Positions 26,223 to 38,466 of a DNA stretch of 64,000 nucleotides are shown here, in pieces. The translations under genes were made by a program, and so were the position numbers. The notes below the pieces were generated by a model that ran no database searches, was not told the DNA's origin, and saw nothing but the letters and a program-made list of their open reading frames with translations. This DNA comes from Takakia lepidozioides (taxonomy: Eukaryota > Plantae > Bryophyta): positions 84,816,001-84,880,000 of the forward strand of contig CM060731.1 in the NCBI GenBank assembly GCA_030704615.1. The letters are read 5' to 3'. Each line of letters begins with the position of its first letter. The stretch's first letter is position 1.

Positions 26223-26614
26223 TGCCGCTCTCCTAATCTACCCGCAAGCTATTCTAACCACCTAACTAACTAACCGTCACCCCTAAAGTAACACGTTCCC
26301 TCTACAGATGTCGTTCTCTCATAGTCTTTCCCTGTCAATGATAACTGTTCCCCATGTACTGTGACAGGCTGTGTCAAGCTGTGCCGAGCTGTGACTAGCT
26401 GTGTAAAGCTGTGTCGGGCTGTGACTGGCTGTGTGAAGCTGTGTCGGGTTGTGATAGACTGTGACGGGCTGTGACTGGCTATGTCGGGCTGTGTGACCCC
26501 CCTAAAGCCTGCTCCTGCCACCCCTAAGGCTCCTGTTGGTCTCAGTCTGCGCAAAAATTAAGGGTACCACACAGAACCCATAAAAGCGTCTAAGTCCCAA
26601 ACAGCCCTCTAACA
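26130..26614 (-). repeat. 5' LTR of G2 copy A with its 3' part and the PBS deleted
   Basis: Matches 14375-14860, then jumps directly into ORF1 sequence at ~26130. Confidence 0.85.
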
Positions 26615-26855
26615 ATTGTACCGTGAACATGTGTGTGGGACTGACCAATAGAAAACCGACAAAACCTCCCCCCCCCAAATAATCACCTTTGCACCTCCCG
26701 TTGGCAGTGCCAAGCAACGAAGTCCGAAAAGACTACAGGATGCCAAAGAACCGCACCACAAGAGGGGGAAAACTGATCATAAAAGGAGGGGGGAATGGTT
26801 TATATAGGCGCCCACGAGGCCCCCCACAAAAAACATGGCATTATGCTCGGTGCAC

Positions 26856-26995
26856 GTTGGGACTTAGCCAGTTTTCGGCCCAAAAAAGAGAAATTCGGCG
26901 CCATTTTCCCAGACACAGGTACCAGTGCATGTTGGGACTTAGCCAGTTTTCGGCCCCAAAAAGAGAAATTCGGCGCTATTTTTCCAGAAATGGCC
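26856..26995. repeat. 2 x 75-bp repeat with the GAAATTCGGCGCCATTTT motif (element M2)
   Basis: gttgggacttagccagttttcggccc occurs at 26856 and 26931. It is related to the array at 48771-49245. Confidence 0.8.
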
Positions 26996-27220
26996 CCACA
27001 ACTGCTTCTGTTGGATCTCAGTTTGAATGGATATGCCTCATTCCAGGAGTTTGGGGGGTGCATTTCATTACACTGGAAAAAAAAGTCTGATACAGCAAAA
27101 TGCAATTGAAAATATCCATATGGAGGATTCCTTTGCCCATCAATGATTTATGGAAATCCCTAAGGAGGAGTTTGGTGCAGCTTCGTTCACGCTCAACGCC
27201 GCCGTGCATGAATAAAGTCA

Positions 27221-30200
27221 TCAATAGTCACGTTCATTCCTCAACCTCTTCAGGTAAATGTAAATACAGATGCTTGCACGGATAATACTTCGAACCCTTC
27301 TTGCTTCCATCAACGAGAAGTCCGTACAATTGCAAGTCGGCTCCACTCCAATCGTAATTGTGTATACATCGTCGCGTAACAGCCGAGCCGGCCGTTGCCA
27401 TCCGATACACACGCCCAAGGCCGGGTGGGGGTACGTCCACGGAGCTCTGAATAGTGCAAACCATCCCAAGAGCATTGGCAATCCGAGTCTCATTCAACTT
27501 GTGGGAGGGTGTCGTCTCTTCATTCTTCCGAATCGCATTGTGGGATGTGCAGAATTGTCCAATCCGTCTCTACTGGACCGAGCAGTCTGCAATGGCGGGT
27601 CTCAGGAACCGGAAATGCGTGGGCCGGGATATTCTGTGCGTTGCACCATCTTCGAAATCCCCTGCTGCAGATAGAGCATCCGCCTCATTCTGAGAGAGGC
27701 TGCAACCCGGTGCAACAGGCCAGACGCCCGGAGGCTTGGGCATTCCCTGAATCCCGTACTTGGGCTTGCCAAATACACAGGTCATTATGTCGTGCCTACA
27801 GAACCAAAATGTCTGCTTGTGGCGTGAGCAAATGTGGGAGTCAAAATCTGCCGCTGAAACAAGGTGCAGGTACAACACCGTGTGGGTTCCTCCGAATCAT
27901 CTCACCACAACGTGCTCTCGTATCCACCGATGGCGCAGCACTTCCTTCGAAATGCCGGCAATGTCCTCACAAATTCTCCACTGTGACTCCGACACTCTTG
28001 TCTCCACAATGGGAATGTTATACTGCTTTACTACAGATGGCTCGTTATGTTGCCGGGCACGCGCCCTGTGCTCAAAGGAGATGGCGATCTTGAACGTGCA
28101 GGGCTTGCGGTGCTCGACGAGACCTCCTCGGGCAACATCACCGGACCACGAGGGAGCGTGCGAATATTCTTGTCAGCTCGCCATGAATCCTCTTCTCCGC
28201 CAGGTGCCTCGTCAAGTCTTCGTCTCACTGGACGGGTATGAACATCTCCTCCAAATGTTGGCCCTCTTCGCAGCAATGGCGTGTCCCGAAGGCCCTCTCG
28301 CAAGGCCGCCGCCACACTTTCCATTCTTCGATCTAGAGGCAGTCCGCATCAGCATTTCCTGCTTGTCCGGCCCCAAGCCCCACTGTTTCCCTTTCAAGAA
28401 CTCGTTGTACCTGCATTGCTACATAATTGACCTCACAATGTCCTCCGTTGTGGCAGTGAGGATGTCCACCAGATGCGCCGCAGAGGAGGCACGCCAGGAA
28501 GAGTGCACTGATTCGGCCATGTTGTCGTGGGCATGTCGGTGTCGGAGTCGAGACACATTTCCTGCACAAGCACATGTTGAGGTTACAAGCAAAGTTACAA
28601 ATATGGCCAAGAATAATATTCAACGGGACGCGAATTCCTGCAACTCACCTCCCGCATATAGTCGCCAAACTGGAGGAAACGATAATGCCACCATGCTAGC
28701 CAACTGACCATTGCTCCCTCGTCTGATTTCCTTACAGCACCTGACGATGTCCACCAAGCCCGTATACATGCAAACTGTGTCTCTGCATCATCTAAGGTGG
28801 GAGCGCGCTTCCACGCAAGGCACATGGAACGGTGCTCCTCTCTGAAATCTGGCGCCACGAGCCTGGTTGTGTACTGCGAAAGGCTCTGCAGAAAATGGAA
28901 CCCACAAGATCTCTCCTTGCGAACATTGGGGTCTGGCCCGTACACCCTTCGGATGGCAGCCCATTTGCTTGTGCGTTGTCCGCCATGAAACCACGGAAAT
29001 TGGGAGGGGGCAATCCCCGCCTTGGCCATCTGTTCGTTTATTCCCTGCCAAAGAAGCATCTCCGATTGTGTGTCCTCTCCTTTCATCTCACAAATAGCAA
29101 TTGTCATTAGCATCCTGCAGTGGGTGTCGTAGACATGTGCACCCATTGTCATCCACTGGTGATTTGTAATTCGCTTGATATGGTCGAACATGACCCAACT
29201 GTTTGACAAGTTCCCACTCGTCATCATGTCGACCAGTTCGACGCCGCTGCCAGGTCCACACGTGGACATTTTGAATACGAAACAACGATTTGCCTCAGTC
29301 CCTTGTCCTGGAAACCTACTTCCATGAATGTAGTCATATCCACATCGTCGCTTCACCTCCAGAATGGAGTGCATATCCGAGCCACGCCCAATTTTCGTTT
29401 GCATGAGACAATGTGGTTTCGGACATTCGGTGAACATACGTGGGACACCGACTCCAGCAATGCCTCCATTTCCTTCTCATCGAGAGGAACTCTATCGGAG
29501 CCGTCTTCCGACATAATTCTGGCCAATGCCATCTTATGGGCGGCTTGGAGCTGTATCTGTTTGGGTTTGGCACCCGGTCTCAACTTAACCTCCTCCTGAA
29601 CGAGCTGCTCTGCCTCGTGGGCAGCCTCCCGCGAGTTCCCCCTCGCCAATTTGTGACAATAGGAACCAACGTGTATGCAAGCTCGGGTGAGGTCAGGGAA
29701 ACGGTGCAACACATAGAACTGCTTGGCATTACAAACAGACATGCAGTGTGGTGGTTCTTTGCAATGCGCACACTTAAATGTGGAGTTCGGAACCTTCTCC
29801 TGAGCTCAAAATGGTTGATGAGTTGTGCCTGTCCAATCGGTCTCGTTCCTGTTACCTCTGGATTTAAAGTGGAAGCAAGTTGGGGAGAAACACCGCAACG
29901 CGCCCGCACAAACAACGTAGCGCACCCACACACCATCGAGCATCTTCATGCTGGTGGTTTTGGTAACGCACCAAGGATGACCGTCATGTTTTCTATCCAT
30001 ATCTGTCAACATTCCGGACGCCCTCGAGTAGTCCGCTCGAGGAGGGAACTCAAAGAAGATATTACCGTCGACGTCGGCGGGAAGGCATGTAACCGATTTA
30101 ATTGCGAACTTGCTGTAGTCCAGCCCGGCCAGCTCCGACCGGTGTCCCTCCAGGTGAAGCCCTCGCAGAATTTCAAGAATAGATCGAACTGCGGTGCTCG

Positions 30201-30632
30201 TGCTGGGAATATGACTCCTTCCTCCACTGACGTCCATTGAGGACTTGCTTGATCTCCAGGACGACCTCGGAACTTCCATGACCTCGTCTGAGTCGGACAG
30301 GTTGTGAACAACCCGGTTCTCGCTCATCTTCATGGATGGGTTCGGCTCTGGATTTACTTCATTGCGGACTTCTCTCTTTGAGGTAGCCACTCTCTGATTC
30401 GCGGATTGTTTCGTGGAAGGCGCCAGGATAGAAGGTGCATTTGGCAGGCAAATGAAGTCCCCAACAACCCTGTATATGACGCTGTCCGATGGTAGAACTC
30501 GCCATTCGTTGCCATCGCCAAATCATCGTGGAACACAACAATACTCTCGACAACAAGGCCGTTTGAGTCCTTCCTTTCCTCCTCCAAAACAACCGACCCC
30601 GGTTTCAGGTGGTATCGAACGCACAGATATTT
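27221..30632 (-). pseudogene. MULE-like transposase of M2: GCM/WRKY-like domain, DDE core, Cys-rich region and SWIM; frameshifted, with its 5' end displaced to 35192-35289
   Basis: DGHPWCVTKTTS...CAGALRC (GCM-like), WVMFDHIKR (D1), FMADNAQANWAAIRRVY (D2), ERSCGFHFLQSL (MULE CxxH), NMAESVHSSW (E) after a GT-AG intron at ~28562-28648, FWFC, and TCNCTDF...YPCKHLY (SWIM). Confidence 0.82.
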
Positions 30633-31657
30633 TGTCGCGCAGCTTTTACTCACCTATCCCTTCGCTATTCGAGGCGGAAACTCCAAGATTGAAGAGTTGG
30701 AAATCTCTAAGTACTCAGCCCGCGCAGAACAATCAGTCATGACCTACAGCTAGTGTATCATGGGGGTGTTTCCTATTTGTTTCCCTTTTGGTATTCATGT
30801 TAACTATCTTACCATTGATAATTAAGTATCAGTTTGCTTTATCAATCTATTGGATTCCATCAACTCATCCATTCATTCCACAGCTTCACTCAGATCTCTC
30901 TACACAGTGTGTTTGTATCGTAAAAGTATCCGATTATGATTTATCAGGTATCAGGCCGAAGCCATTGTGTCTCTAATCTCCTCTACAATATCATTACAGC
31001 CTTGCATATATCAAGCATCTACTCATCATCTCTCTATCTTCACTTCCGTTCTTCATCTCTGCCCGATCCCCTCTCCTCTATCACCAAGAAGTCCTCCTCC
31101 GAATGATGTCCCTCAATTCCCCGTTTCTCCCTTTATCTTCCTCTCCGCGGTTCTAACCGTTTCCCTCACTAACCGTGTCTGTGAACTAACATGTTCCCTT
31201 CGCAGGTGTTGTTCCCCACAGTCGTTCCCTGTCCTACTCTTCGTTCCCTATGATCGTGACAGCTGTGTCAAGCTGTGACTGGCTGTGTGAAACTGTGACG
31301 GGCTGTGACTGGCTGTGCGACTGTGTTTGGCTGTGTCGGGCTGTGACTGGCTGTGTGGCTGTGCCGGGCTGTGTCGGCTGTGTCGGCTGTGTCTGCTGTG
31401 ACGGGCTGTGTTGGCTGTGTTGGCTGTGACGACTGTGACGGGCTGTGTTGGCTGTGTTGGCTGTGACGACTGTGACGGGCTGTGTTGGCTGTGATGACTG
31501 TGATGACTGTGACGGGCTGTGTTGGCTGTGACGACTGTGACGGGCTGTGTTGGCTGTGTTGGCTGTGACGACTGTGACGGCTGTGACGGGCTGTGTAACC
31601 CCCTTCTACAGTGCACTGCTGTCACCCCTAAGGCTCCTGTTGGTCTCAGTCTGTGCC
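30633..31657 (-). repeat. 3' LTR of G2 B/C; first ~65 bp and PPT deleted; expanded CACAGCC minisatellite (31260-31595)
   Basis: Reverse complement of ~35352-36292. The junction gtctgtgc|ccctcaaaaagcc lacks the LTR start and PPT seen in copy A. Confidence 0.88.
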
Positions 31658-31675
31658 CCTCAAAAAGCCGTGTCC

Positions 31676-34529
31676 TCACGGTTTACTGATTTCGACTAGC
31701 AAACCTTTGTGAGTGAGCACCTTCTTGACGTTGAGAGTTTCGTGGCGGACTGTGTGTACGAGCCCGAGGTCTGTCTCTGGTTGACGGAGATGGTTGATCA
31801 CTGCCTGGATAAGTGAGGCCCTCTGGAGGCTGATATCGAGGTAATCTTTCCGGCATAGGAGATCCCCTTCGCTTCTTCTCTTCCATCTGAATTGCATAGT
31901 CTTCTCCCATGTCAAAGAATTCGGTGAAGAAACAATTGTATCAGAATCCTCATCGCCTCTCCGGTGTTTTAATTTTCGAACTTTTTGTGGAATCATCTGG
32001 GGCATACAATGCTGTCCTACCATGTCTGGAAGTTTGTATTTTACAACTTGGTGTAACCGCTGAACAGCAAAATTGGTGTAGACACTGAGCTCCTTGTCTG
32101 TCCAGGTGAGTGGGGTACCAATTACTGGTGCAGCGTGCAAGTATTTCCATGCCACATGTCCCTTATAGAAAATGTCATCAATGCCGAATTTCTGTGTTGA
32201 CAAATGGTTGCAGGCCGCTTGAAACCATGAACGAATTTGAGAATCCTTTTGCATCATAACTTTTGGGTCATATAGGTACATATGAGGTGGCACCGAAGGT
32301 AATACCCAATGATCTCCACTGGAATAACTCAGAAAGCGTGTTTGCATCTTTTGTTGCTCAATGTGGTAACGTACCAGAAAACAAGCAGCGTAGTATAACC
32401 CGCACCCCATGACAATACTTGCTATCTCCTTGGTCTTGGTATAAATGAGTCCATGTACAACCTGGAAAGCAATCAATTCCCTCAACATGGTACCTGCCTC
32501 GTGCCAGTATTGTGCAAAGTGATGATCTTCAATATGTCGATTGTTTGGAAGAACTTTAGTCCTAGTTGCCACTGGCAGCCAAATACGCATGATTTGGTAG
32601 TAATGTGCGAATGACTGCGGAGGACTAAATTCTTTCCAAGCCAAATCCAACATGATGGGAATTTGGTTGAAGGGCATAATCATAGCCCTACTGTACTCCC
32701 TTGCAGCTGGAGTTTTAGGTGGGTTAAAAGCGGCATTGCCCCATACCTCCTGCTGTGGTGGCTGTGGTGTGGTTGTAGTAACCACAGGTTCAGCTACTGG
32801 TACAGTGACTTGTTGTGGTGGTGGTGGTACTGGCTCTTGTATCATTGGCATCTCCTGCACCTCCTGTGAAGACTGAAAAGCCAAAGTTCTGGCTTGTAAA
32901 TAAGAAGCCATTAGCTGTTCCTGAGGGATATAGACTCTTTGGTCGATGTTTGAAGTGAGGTCTTCCACTTGAGTCTGGAGTCCGTCTACATCCTCTTGTA
33001 ACTCTGCTATCCTACTATAGACATTGTCTATAGTAGTTGTGGCAATGTTCTGCACCTGCAGCCTGAGCTCATTCATCTCGCTTTGGGTGAGCTTCCGTGG
33101 TGCTTTGCCCTCTACTGGCCCTTGTGCTAACCAGACCTGCATAAGGCTGTTATCCACCAAGTTGCTTGTGGTTCCCCTGAGAGTTTGCTCCTCTCTTAGC
33201 TTGTACAATTCCAACTGCTGTTGTAAAGCCTCCATGCGCTTCGCCTGAGGTTCAACCAATTGCGCATAAGCAGCAAGTAGATTATTGGCTTCCTTCCAAG
33301 CCTTGTTATTGACCGCGATTTCATTTCTATTGGCCATGATGGTTTGTTGCAACTCCACGATGTGCTTCTCTTGATCAGCTTCAATCTACCTGTATTGCTT
33401 GAAAGTATCTTCATTGCGACAGATTGTATTCTTCATATCGACAATGAGCTTCATTTGCTCAACATTCTCTTCTTCTGCCTTCGTACATTTTTCCGCTTGA
33501 CTGTTTATTTCTTTTGTAGATTGGTCAATCATAGTTGTAAATGTAGCACATTGTATCGCCATCCTGTTATGCACTATCTGCAACTCCGTATGTAGTGCAT
33601 TCAGTTCTTGCAACTTGCTTTCATGCTGCACCTGCATTTCGTATAGCTGTTGCTTATGTGCTTCGTGCAACTGGTCTTGCGCGAGGCCTGCCTCAATCAA
33701 TTGTTGCTTGGCCAATTGCAAAGCCATTTCTGTATTTCCCAAGTCCTGCTTCATCTTGAGAGTGACCTCTTCATCGACCTTGTTTGCACACTCAGTGGCA
33801 AGTCGAGCCTCAAACTCCTTCCTGAGTTCCTCTTTCAAGGCTGTCAATTGGGTAATTGGAACATGGGATTTGACATAAGTCCCCAACAAATTAAGTGTCA
33901 TGCCTATGGAACTCATCAACATTGCCTGTTGAGGGTCATCATGGTGAGGTTGCTGCTGTTCCTCCTGATCTTCAACAGTGTGATGTCTCACTAACCATTC
34001 AGGCCATTGTCCCACCGATTTTCTTCCTGAACTACTTCATCTATCACCGGTGCTACAGTGTCATGACCTTCCGCCTGTGGTACCTCCGACACAGGTGTGT
34101 GTATTATATGCACCTCAGGATTTTCCTTGGGCAACTGTTGCACCTCTGGGATTTCTGTCTCCTTGACCAGACCAGAATATTCATAGAGAAGGTCCCCCTT
34201 CTCTATTTCTGCCACTATCTGTTCTGTAGTTGGAATATCTAACCCTTCGCTTTCCAAATCAATTATTTCTGGTTGAGCTGCATGGATAACTTGTGACCTT
34301 GTGACAAGTCGTTCAGGTGGCTGTGATGGTTGTGATGCAGAAGTAACTTCCTCCTCCCTCTCTGAAGGTCCTGCTTCCAGTAATAGCATTTCTCTGTGCT
34401 GCTGTGCCCCTTCCTGGCCATGAGCTTGGGAAACATTATCATGCGGAATCCATGAAGCCAGTGGATCCGCCACTACAGTCTTTCCTCGTCTCTGCCTCTT
34501 AGTCTCGGGTTGCCCTGCTAGTCCACCCT
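31676..34529 (-). pseudogene. G2 ORF3, C-terminal portion (copy B)
   Basis: ORFs of 560, 209 and 188 aa align with copy A ORF3 (e.g. REYSRAMIMPFNQIP, YSSGDHWVLPSVPPHMYLYD). Confidence 0.85.
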
Positions 34530-34975
34530 GTCGCACAGCGCCGGCCTCTGCGCCCAAGGCGACTTCATCCGGGCTTCCCCTGTTGTATATTCGGTGCCGA
34601 ATTTCCGTCCGGGGGTTGTAATGTGAGGGCCAGATGGCGGCCTTTCCCCTGAGCCGACTTCATCCGAAAGGCCTCGGATGGAAATTCGGCGCCGTTTTTC
34701 CATCCGCGGAGGTTTTTATGTCGGCCAGTTTTCGGCTTGACCCCCCGACAGGACTTCCTTTGGGGGGATCCGAATGGAAATTCGGCGCTGAATTTCCATC
34801 CGGGGGATGTTCTCTGTCGGACAGGTGCCGGCATCTCTGCCCCAGACGACTTCATCCGTGCGGCCCCTGTTGGATATTGGGTGCCGAATTTCCATTCGGG
34901 GGTAGTAATGTGACGGCACGGTGCCGGCTTCTCCCCTTCAGCCGAGGACGGCCCCCCACTTTCTGACTGCATACC
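34530..34975 (-). repeat. Palindrome-bearing ~290-bp repeat array of M2 (inverted piece of 43902-44530)
   Basis: Its reverse complement aligns with 43910-44400. It contains several GGAAATTCGGCGCC motifs. Confidence 0.85.
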
Positions 34976-35191
34976 GTTGGCAGTTATTGCGCAAAGACCA
35001 GGGGCCGCATTCCGGAGACAAGGTTCATTAACACTCTGACTGTGGATTTTTGAGATAGTTGGCTCCCTGGATTTGGATCAGGCTTCGTCGCTCGGACAAA
35101 TCGGCACCGCATTCCTTCCCATCGCTGCATCCCCCTTCTACCAGGGAGCTTCCCCGCACGCCATCCTGGCAGTCTTGTGTGCACATCTCCC

Positions 35192-35289
35192 ATGGCGGAA
35201 AACCCGAGCGCTACAGTGTATTGCCCTCCTCACGAGCATAGAGCTTCATTTCCGTGCAGAGGGGACATCTGCCGGGTGATGGAGAAATA
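35192..35289 (+). pseudogene. Displaced 5' end of the ORF at the head of the M2 transposase
   Basis: MAENPSATVYCPPHEHRASFPCRGDICRVMEK joins in frame through the AAATA TSD to YLCVRYHLKPGS (minus strand from 30632). Confidence 0.75.
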
Positions 35290-36292
35290 TGTTAGAGGAC
35301 TGTCGGGGACTTAGACACTTATACGGGATCTGTAGGGTACCCTTAATTTTTGCACAGACTGAGACCAACAGGAGCCTTAGGGGTGACAGCAGCGCACTGT
35401 AGAAGGGGGTTACATAGCCCGTCACAGCCGTCACAGTCGTCACAGCCAACACAGCCAACACAGCCCGTCACAGTCGTCACAGCCAACACAGCCAACACAG
35501 CCCGTCACAGTCGTCACAGCAGACACAGCCGACACAGCCGACACAGCCCGGCACAGCCCGGCACAGCCACACAGCCAGTCACAGCCCGACACAGCCAAAC
35601 ACAGTCGCACAGCCAGTCACAGCCCGTCACAGTTTCACACAGCCAGTCACAGCTTGACACAGCTGTCACGATCATAGGGAACGAAGAGTAGGACAGGGAA
35701 CGACTGTGGGGAACAACACCTGCGAAGGGAACATGTTAGTTCACAGACACGGTTAGTGAGGGAAACGGTTAGAACCGCGGAGAGGAAGATAAAGGGAGAA
35801 ACGGGGAATTGAGGGACATCATTTGGAGGAGGACTTCTTGGTGATAGAGGAGAGGGGATCGGGCAGAGATGAAGAACGGAAGTGAAGATAGAGAGATGAT
35901 GAGTAGATGCTTGATATATGCAAGGCTGTAATGATATTGTAGAGGAGATTAGAGACACAATGGCTTCGGCCTGATACCTGATAAATCATAATCGGATACT
36001 TTTACGATACAAACACATTGTGTAGAGAGATCTGAGTGAAGCTGTGGAATGAATGGATGAGTTGATGGAATCCAATAGATTGATAAAGCAAACTGATACT
36101 TAATTATCAATGGTAAGATAGTTAACATGAATACCAAAAGGGAAACAAATAGGAAACACCCCCATGATACACTAGCTGTAGGTCATGACTGATTGTTCTG
36201 CGCGGGCTGAGTACTTAGAGATTTCCAACTCTTCTATCTTGGAGTTTCCGCCTCGGATAGCGAAGGGATGGGTGAGTAAAAGCCGCGCGACA
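35290..36292 (+). repeat. 5' LTR of G2 B/C (1003 bp)
   Basis: TGTTAG...GCGACA termini, a CACAGCC minisatellite at 35415-35668, and a following PBS. Confidence 0.92.
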
Positions 36293-36880
36293 TTTGGCGA
36301 CCATACTGGGGAACTGAGTAATGAACAACCAGATGTGACAGGCATCTGGTGGGATCATGGTGGATGGACCATTAAAGAATTTGAAGTGAATCAAATTCCC
36401 TGTGGAACGAAGGAAGAAAGATTGTCCAAACAATTCTTTCAAAGGTTCTTGGAATTGCCAGACGGTTGTAAAGAAAATATTCTTAAACGAGTGCATGATG
36501 CTGATCCAGAATGGGGTCTGGAGAAAGGAGTGATAAAGATTTATCAGGTAGCCCGTAGAGGAAGAGCACGTTGGTTACCAACATTGGTTTATGTGATAGC
36601 ATTGCTATCCATTAAACGAGTAGAGTTTGAAGGCTGGGAAGAAAGAAAGGTGAATGTTTATACTCATATGCATGAAGAGCTTGTACTGGTAAAGAATTGG
36701 ATTCCAAAGGATATTTTGTGGATCAAACTCACACCAAGAACAGCTTTTCAGACTTGTTTGCCATATGGTTATATGGTAACGGAGACTTCAAGTATAGCCA
36801 AAGGTGCATTGAAGCTTGAAAGAAATCCAGGCATATACGAGAGATATTACAGAAGAGAGTTTTGGTTATTGCCACATTAA
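36185..36880 (+). CDS. G2 extra 5' ORF1 (231 aa), starts inside the LTR and reads through the PBS
   Basis: Open in both copies, stops 21 bp before the gag ATG, no domain recognised. Confidence 0.65.
   Translation: MTDCSARAEYLEISNSSILEFPPRIAKGWVSKSRATFGDHTGELSNEQPDVTGIWWDHGGWTIKEFEVNQIPCGTKEERLSKQFFQRFLELPDGCKENILKRVHDADPEWGLEKGVIKIYQVARRGRARWLPTLVYVIALLSIKRVEFEGWEERKVNVYTHMHEELVLVKNWIPKDILWIKLTPRTAFQTCLPYGYMVTETSSIAKGALKLERNPGIYERYYRREFWLLPH
36295..36312 (+). promoter_or_regulatory. Primer-binding site, possibly tRNA-Arg-like
   Basis: TGGCGACCATACTGGGGA lies 2 nt after the LTR end. The tRNA identity is an inference from similarity to Ogre/Tat-type PBSs. Confidence 0.7.
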
Positions 36881-36901
36881 AAGAAATGAAAGACATGGGA
36901 C

Positions 36902-38466
36902 ATGAGTGATGAAAGAGAAGCTAGACGACAGAGATATTCAGCAAAAAGAGAAAGCTATCTGAAAGCTAATTATCCATATCTTTGGGAGAGAGGAATAGAC
37001 ATAGGGGAATCATCTGGACCTCTCACACCATTAAGATCAATGAGTGCATCACCTATACCGGAAGAACTAGAGTTGGATGCCACTCCTTCTGTTTCTTTGC
37101 AAGAAAGATTAAGGGAATTGGTACAGGAAGAAGATCAATCACGAGGTGAAAGATCTGAGGTACATCCTTGGATAAAAGATTTGACAGAAATCTTTGATAA
37201 GAGTTGGCATGGAACACCAAAAGCAGGAACTCCAGTTTCTGAAGCAGAAAGTGAAGAAGGAGAAGAGGATGTGGCAGAGCCAACGGAGAGTTCAGACTCT
37301 CCAACACCATTACAGTTGAGTTACATGAGTGAAGAAGAAACCCAAGGGCAGAACTTGGAGGATGAAAACAGAGAGAAGAAATTAGAAGAGGAAGAATATG
37401 AAGAAGTAGACCCAACAGCTGAGGTTGAGACTACAACCAGGACATCCAACCCGTTGGACCTGGATCAAGTGGAGCACTTGGATCACAGGCCAACGAAGGT
37501 GTCGGCTCAGGGGGATCAGGCGGGCTGCCTGGATCTGGCTCTGGGGGGACAGGGAGTGTGGGAAGTAGTGCAACTGAAGCTGGGAATACTGTGAATATCG
37601 TGGGGCCAGAAGCAAGGAGTGCTCAAGGGCTACCACTTGGTGGAAGATCCACCACAAAAACAACAGGTCCAGAAGGACCAGCACCAGCAAGGGTGCCAGC
37701 ACCTGTCAGTGGGCAGAAGGTAGGGCCACAGATGGCGTTACAACCAACACGGGCAAAACCACCCTTTCCAATATATTCAGGAAAAGGGGATCCCGATGTA
37801 CACATTAGCCAATTTGAGCACATGTGTATAGTGAACAATGAGAATGGCGATGATGCCAAGATGAGACTGTTTCCTTGTTCACTTATCAAGAAAGCAAGTG
37901 AATGGTATGCAAGATTCCCTGATAATCATTTCCTAACCTGGAATGGCTTGAATACAGCATTTCGAAATAGGTTCAGGACAAGTAAAACTAGGATGAAGTG
38001 TATGGAAGTTTACAACAGCTGAAGCAGAAGAAGCATGAAACTGTTGAAGAGTATATGGAGAAGATGGAATTGATGATGAAAAAGCTGGCTGCAGTACCAG
38101 CGCCCGGGTTACAGAAGACTTGGTTTGTGAGTGGACTAAGACCAGAGTTGCAAAAGAAAGTGGATATGTTACCCCATAATACAGTGGAGGAGGCATTTGA
38201 AACTGCGAACAGAATTGAGCAATTGGGAATGCTCAGGAGAGAGAAAAAAAGAAGATGAGGACTCTGAGGATGAGTCAGATGAAGAAGAAGAGCAAGAACT
38301 AAAAAGAAAGAGTAAGAGAAAGGAAAAGTTGAAGAGGGATAACTATGAAAAAAAATTGGAAGAAATCTTGAAGAAGTATGCCACAGAGGTGCAACACATT
38401 GGAGGAAGGGTGTATGGTGTGCAAAGTGCCAGAATGAAGGCCATACCACCACAGAATGCCACATGA
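36902..38466 (+). pseudogene. gag: G2 copy C gag N-terminal part, several frameshifts
   Basis: Aligns with 24160-25563(-) across ORFs 36902, 37558 and 37998. Confidence 0.88.

Larger units (their letters stand above)
13970..26614 (-). mobile_element. Ty3/gypsy family G2 copy A: full insertion (12.6 kb), decayed, 5-bp TSD ATTGT
   Basis: ATTGT occurs at 13965-13969 and 26615-26619. LTRs have TG...CA ends, a PPT is present, and the order is ORF1-gag-PR-RT-RH-INT-ORF3. Confidence 0.93.
30633..34529 (-). mobile_element. G2 copy B: 3' half (ORF3 and 3' LTR) of the insertion whose 5' half is 35290-43901
   Basis: The LTR end at 30633 is followed (minus) by AAATA, the same pentamer that precedes the LTR at 35290. 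The two LTRs are near-identical (identical 62- and 103-aa translations in the ORF track). Confidence 0.9.

Noticed and set aside
27221-30632. KDZ/Zisupton assignment for the SWIM-containing transposase
   Set aside because: The D...D-x-CxFH...NxAESxH pattern and GCM-like N-terminus fit MULE better, and no KDZ CxC or SAP motifs were recognised.
30633-36292. Inverted LTR pair read as a DIRS-like or foldback element
   Set aside because: It is explained by an inversion of an ordinary gypsy insertion (shared AAATA TSD, DDE integrase, no tyrosine recombinase).
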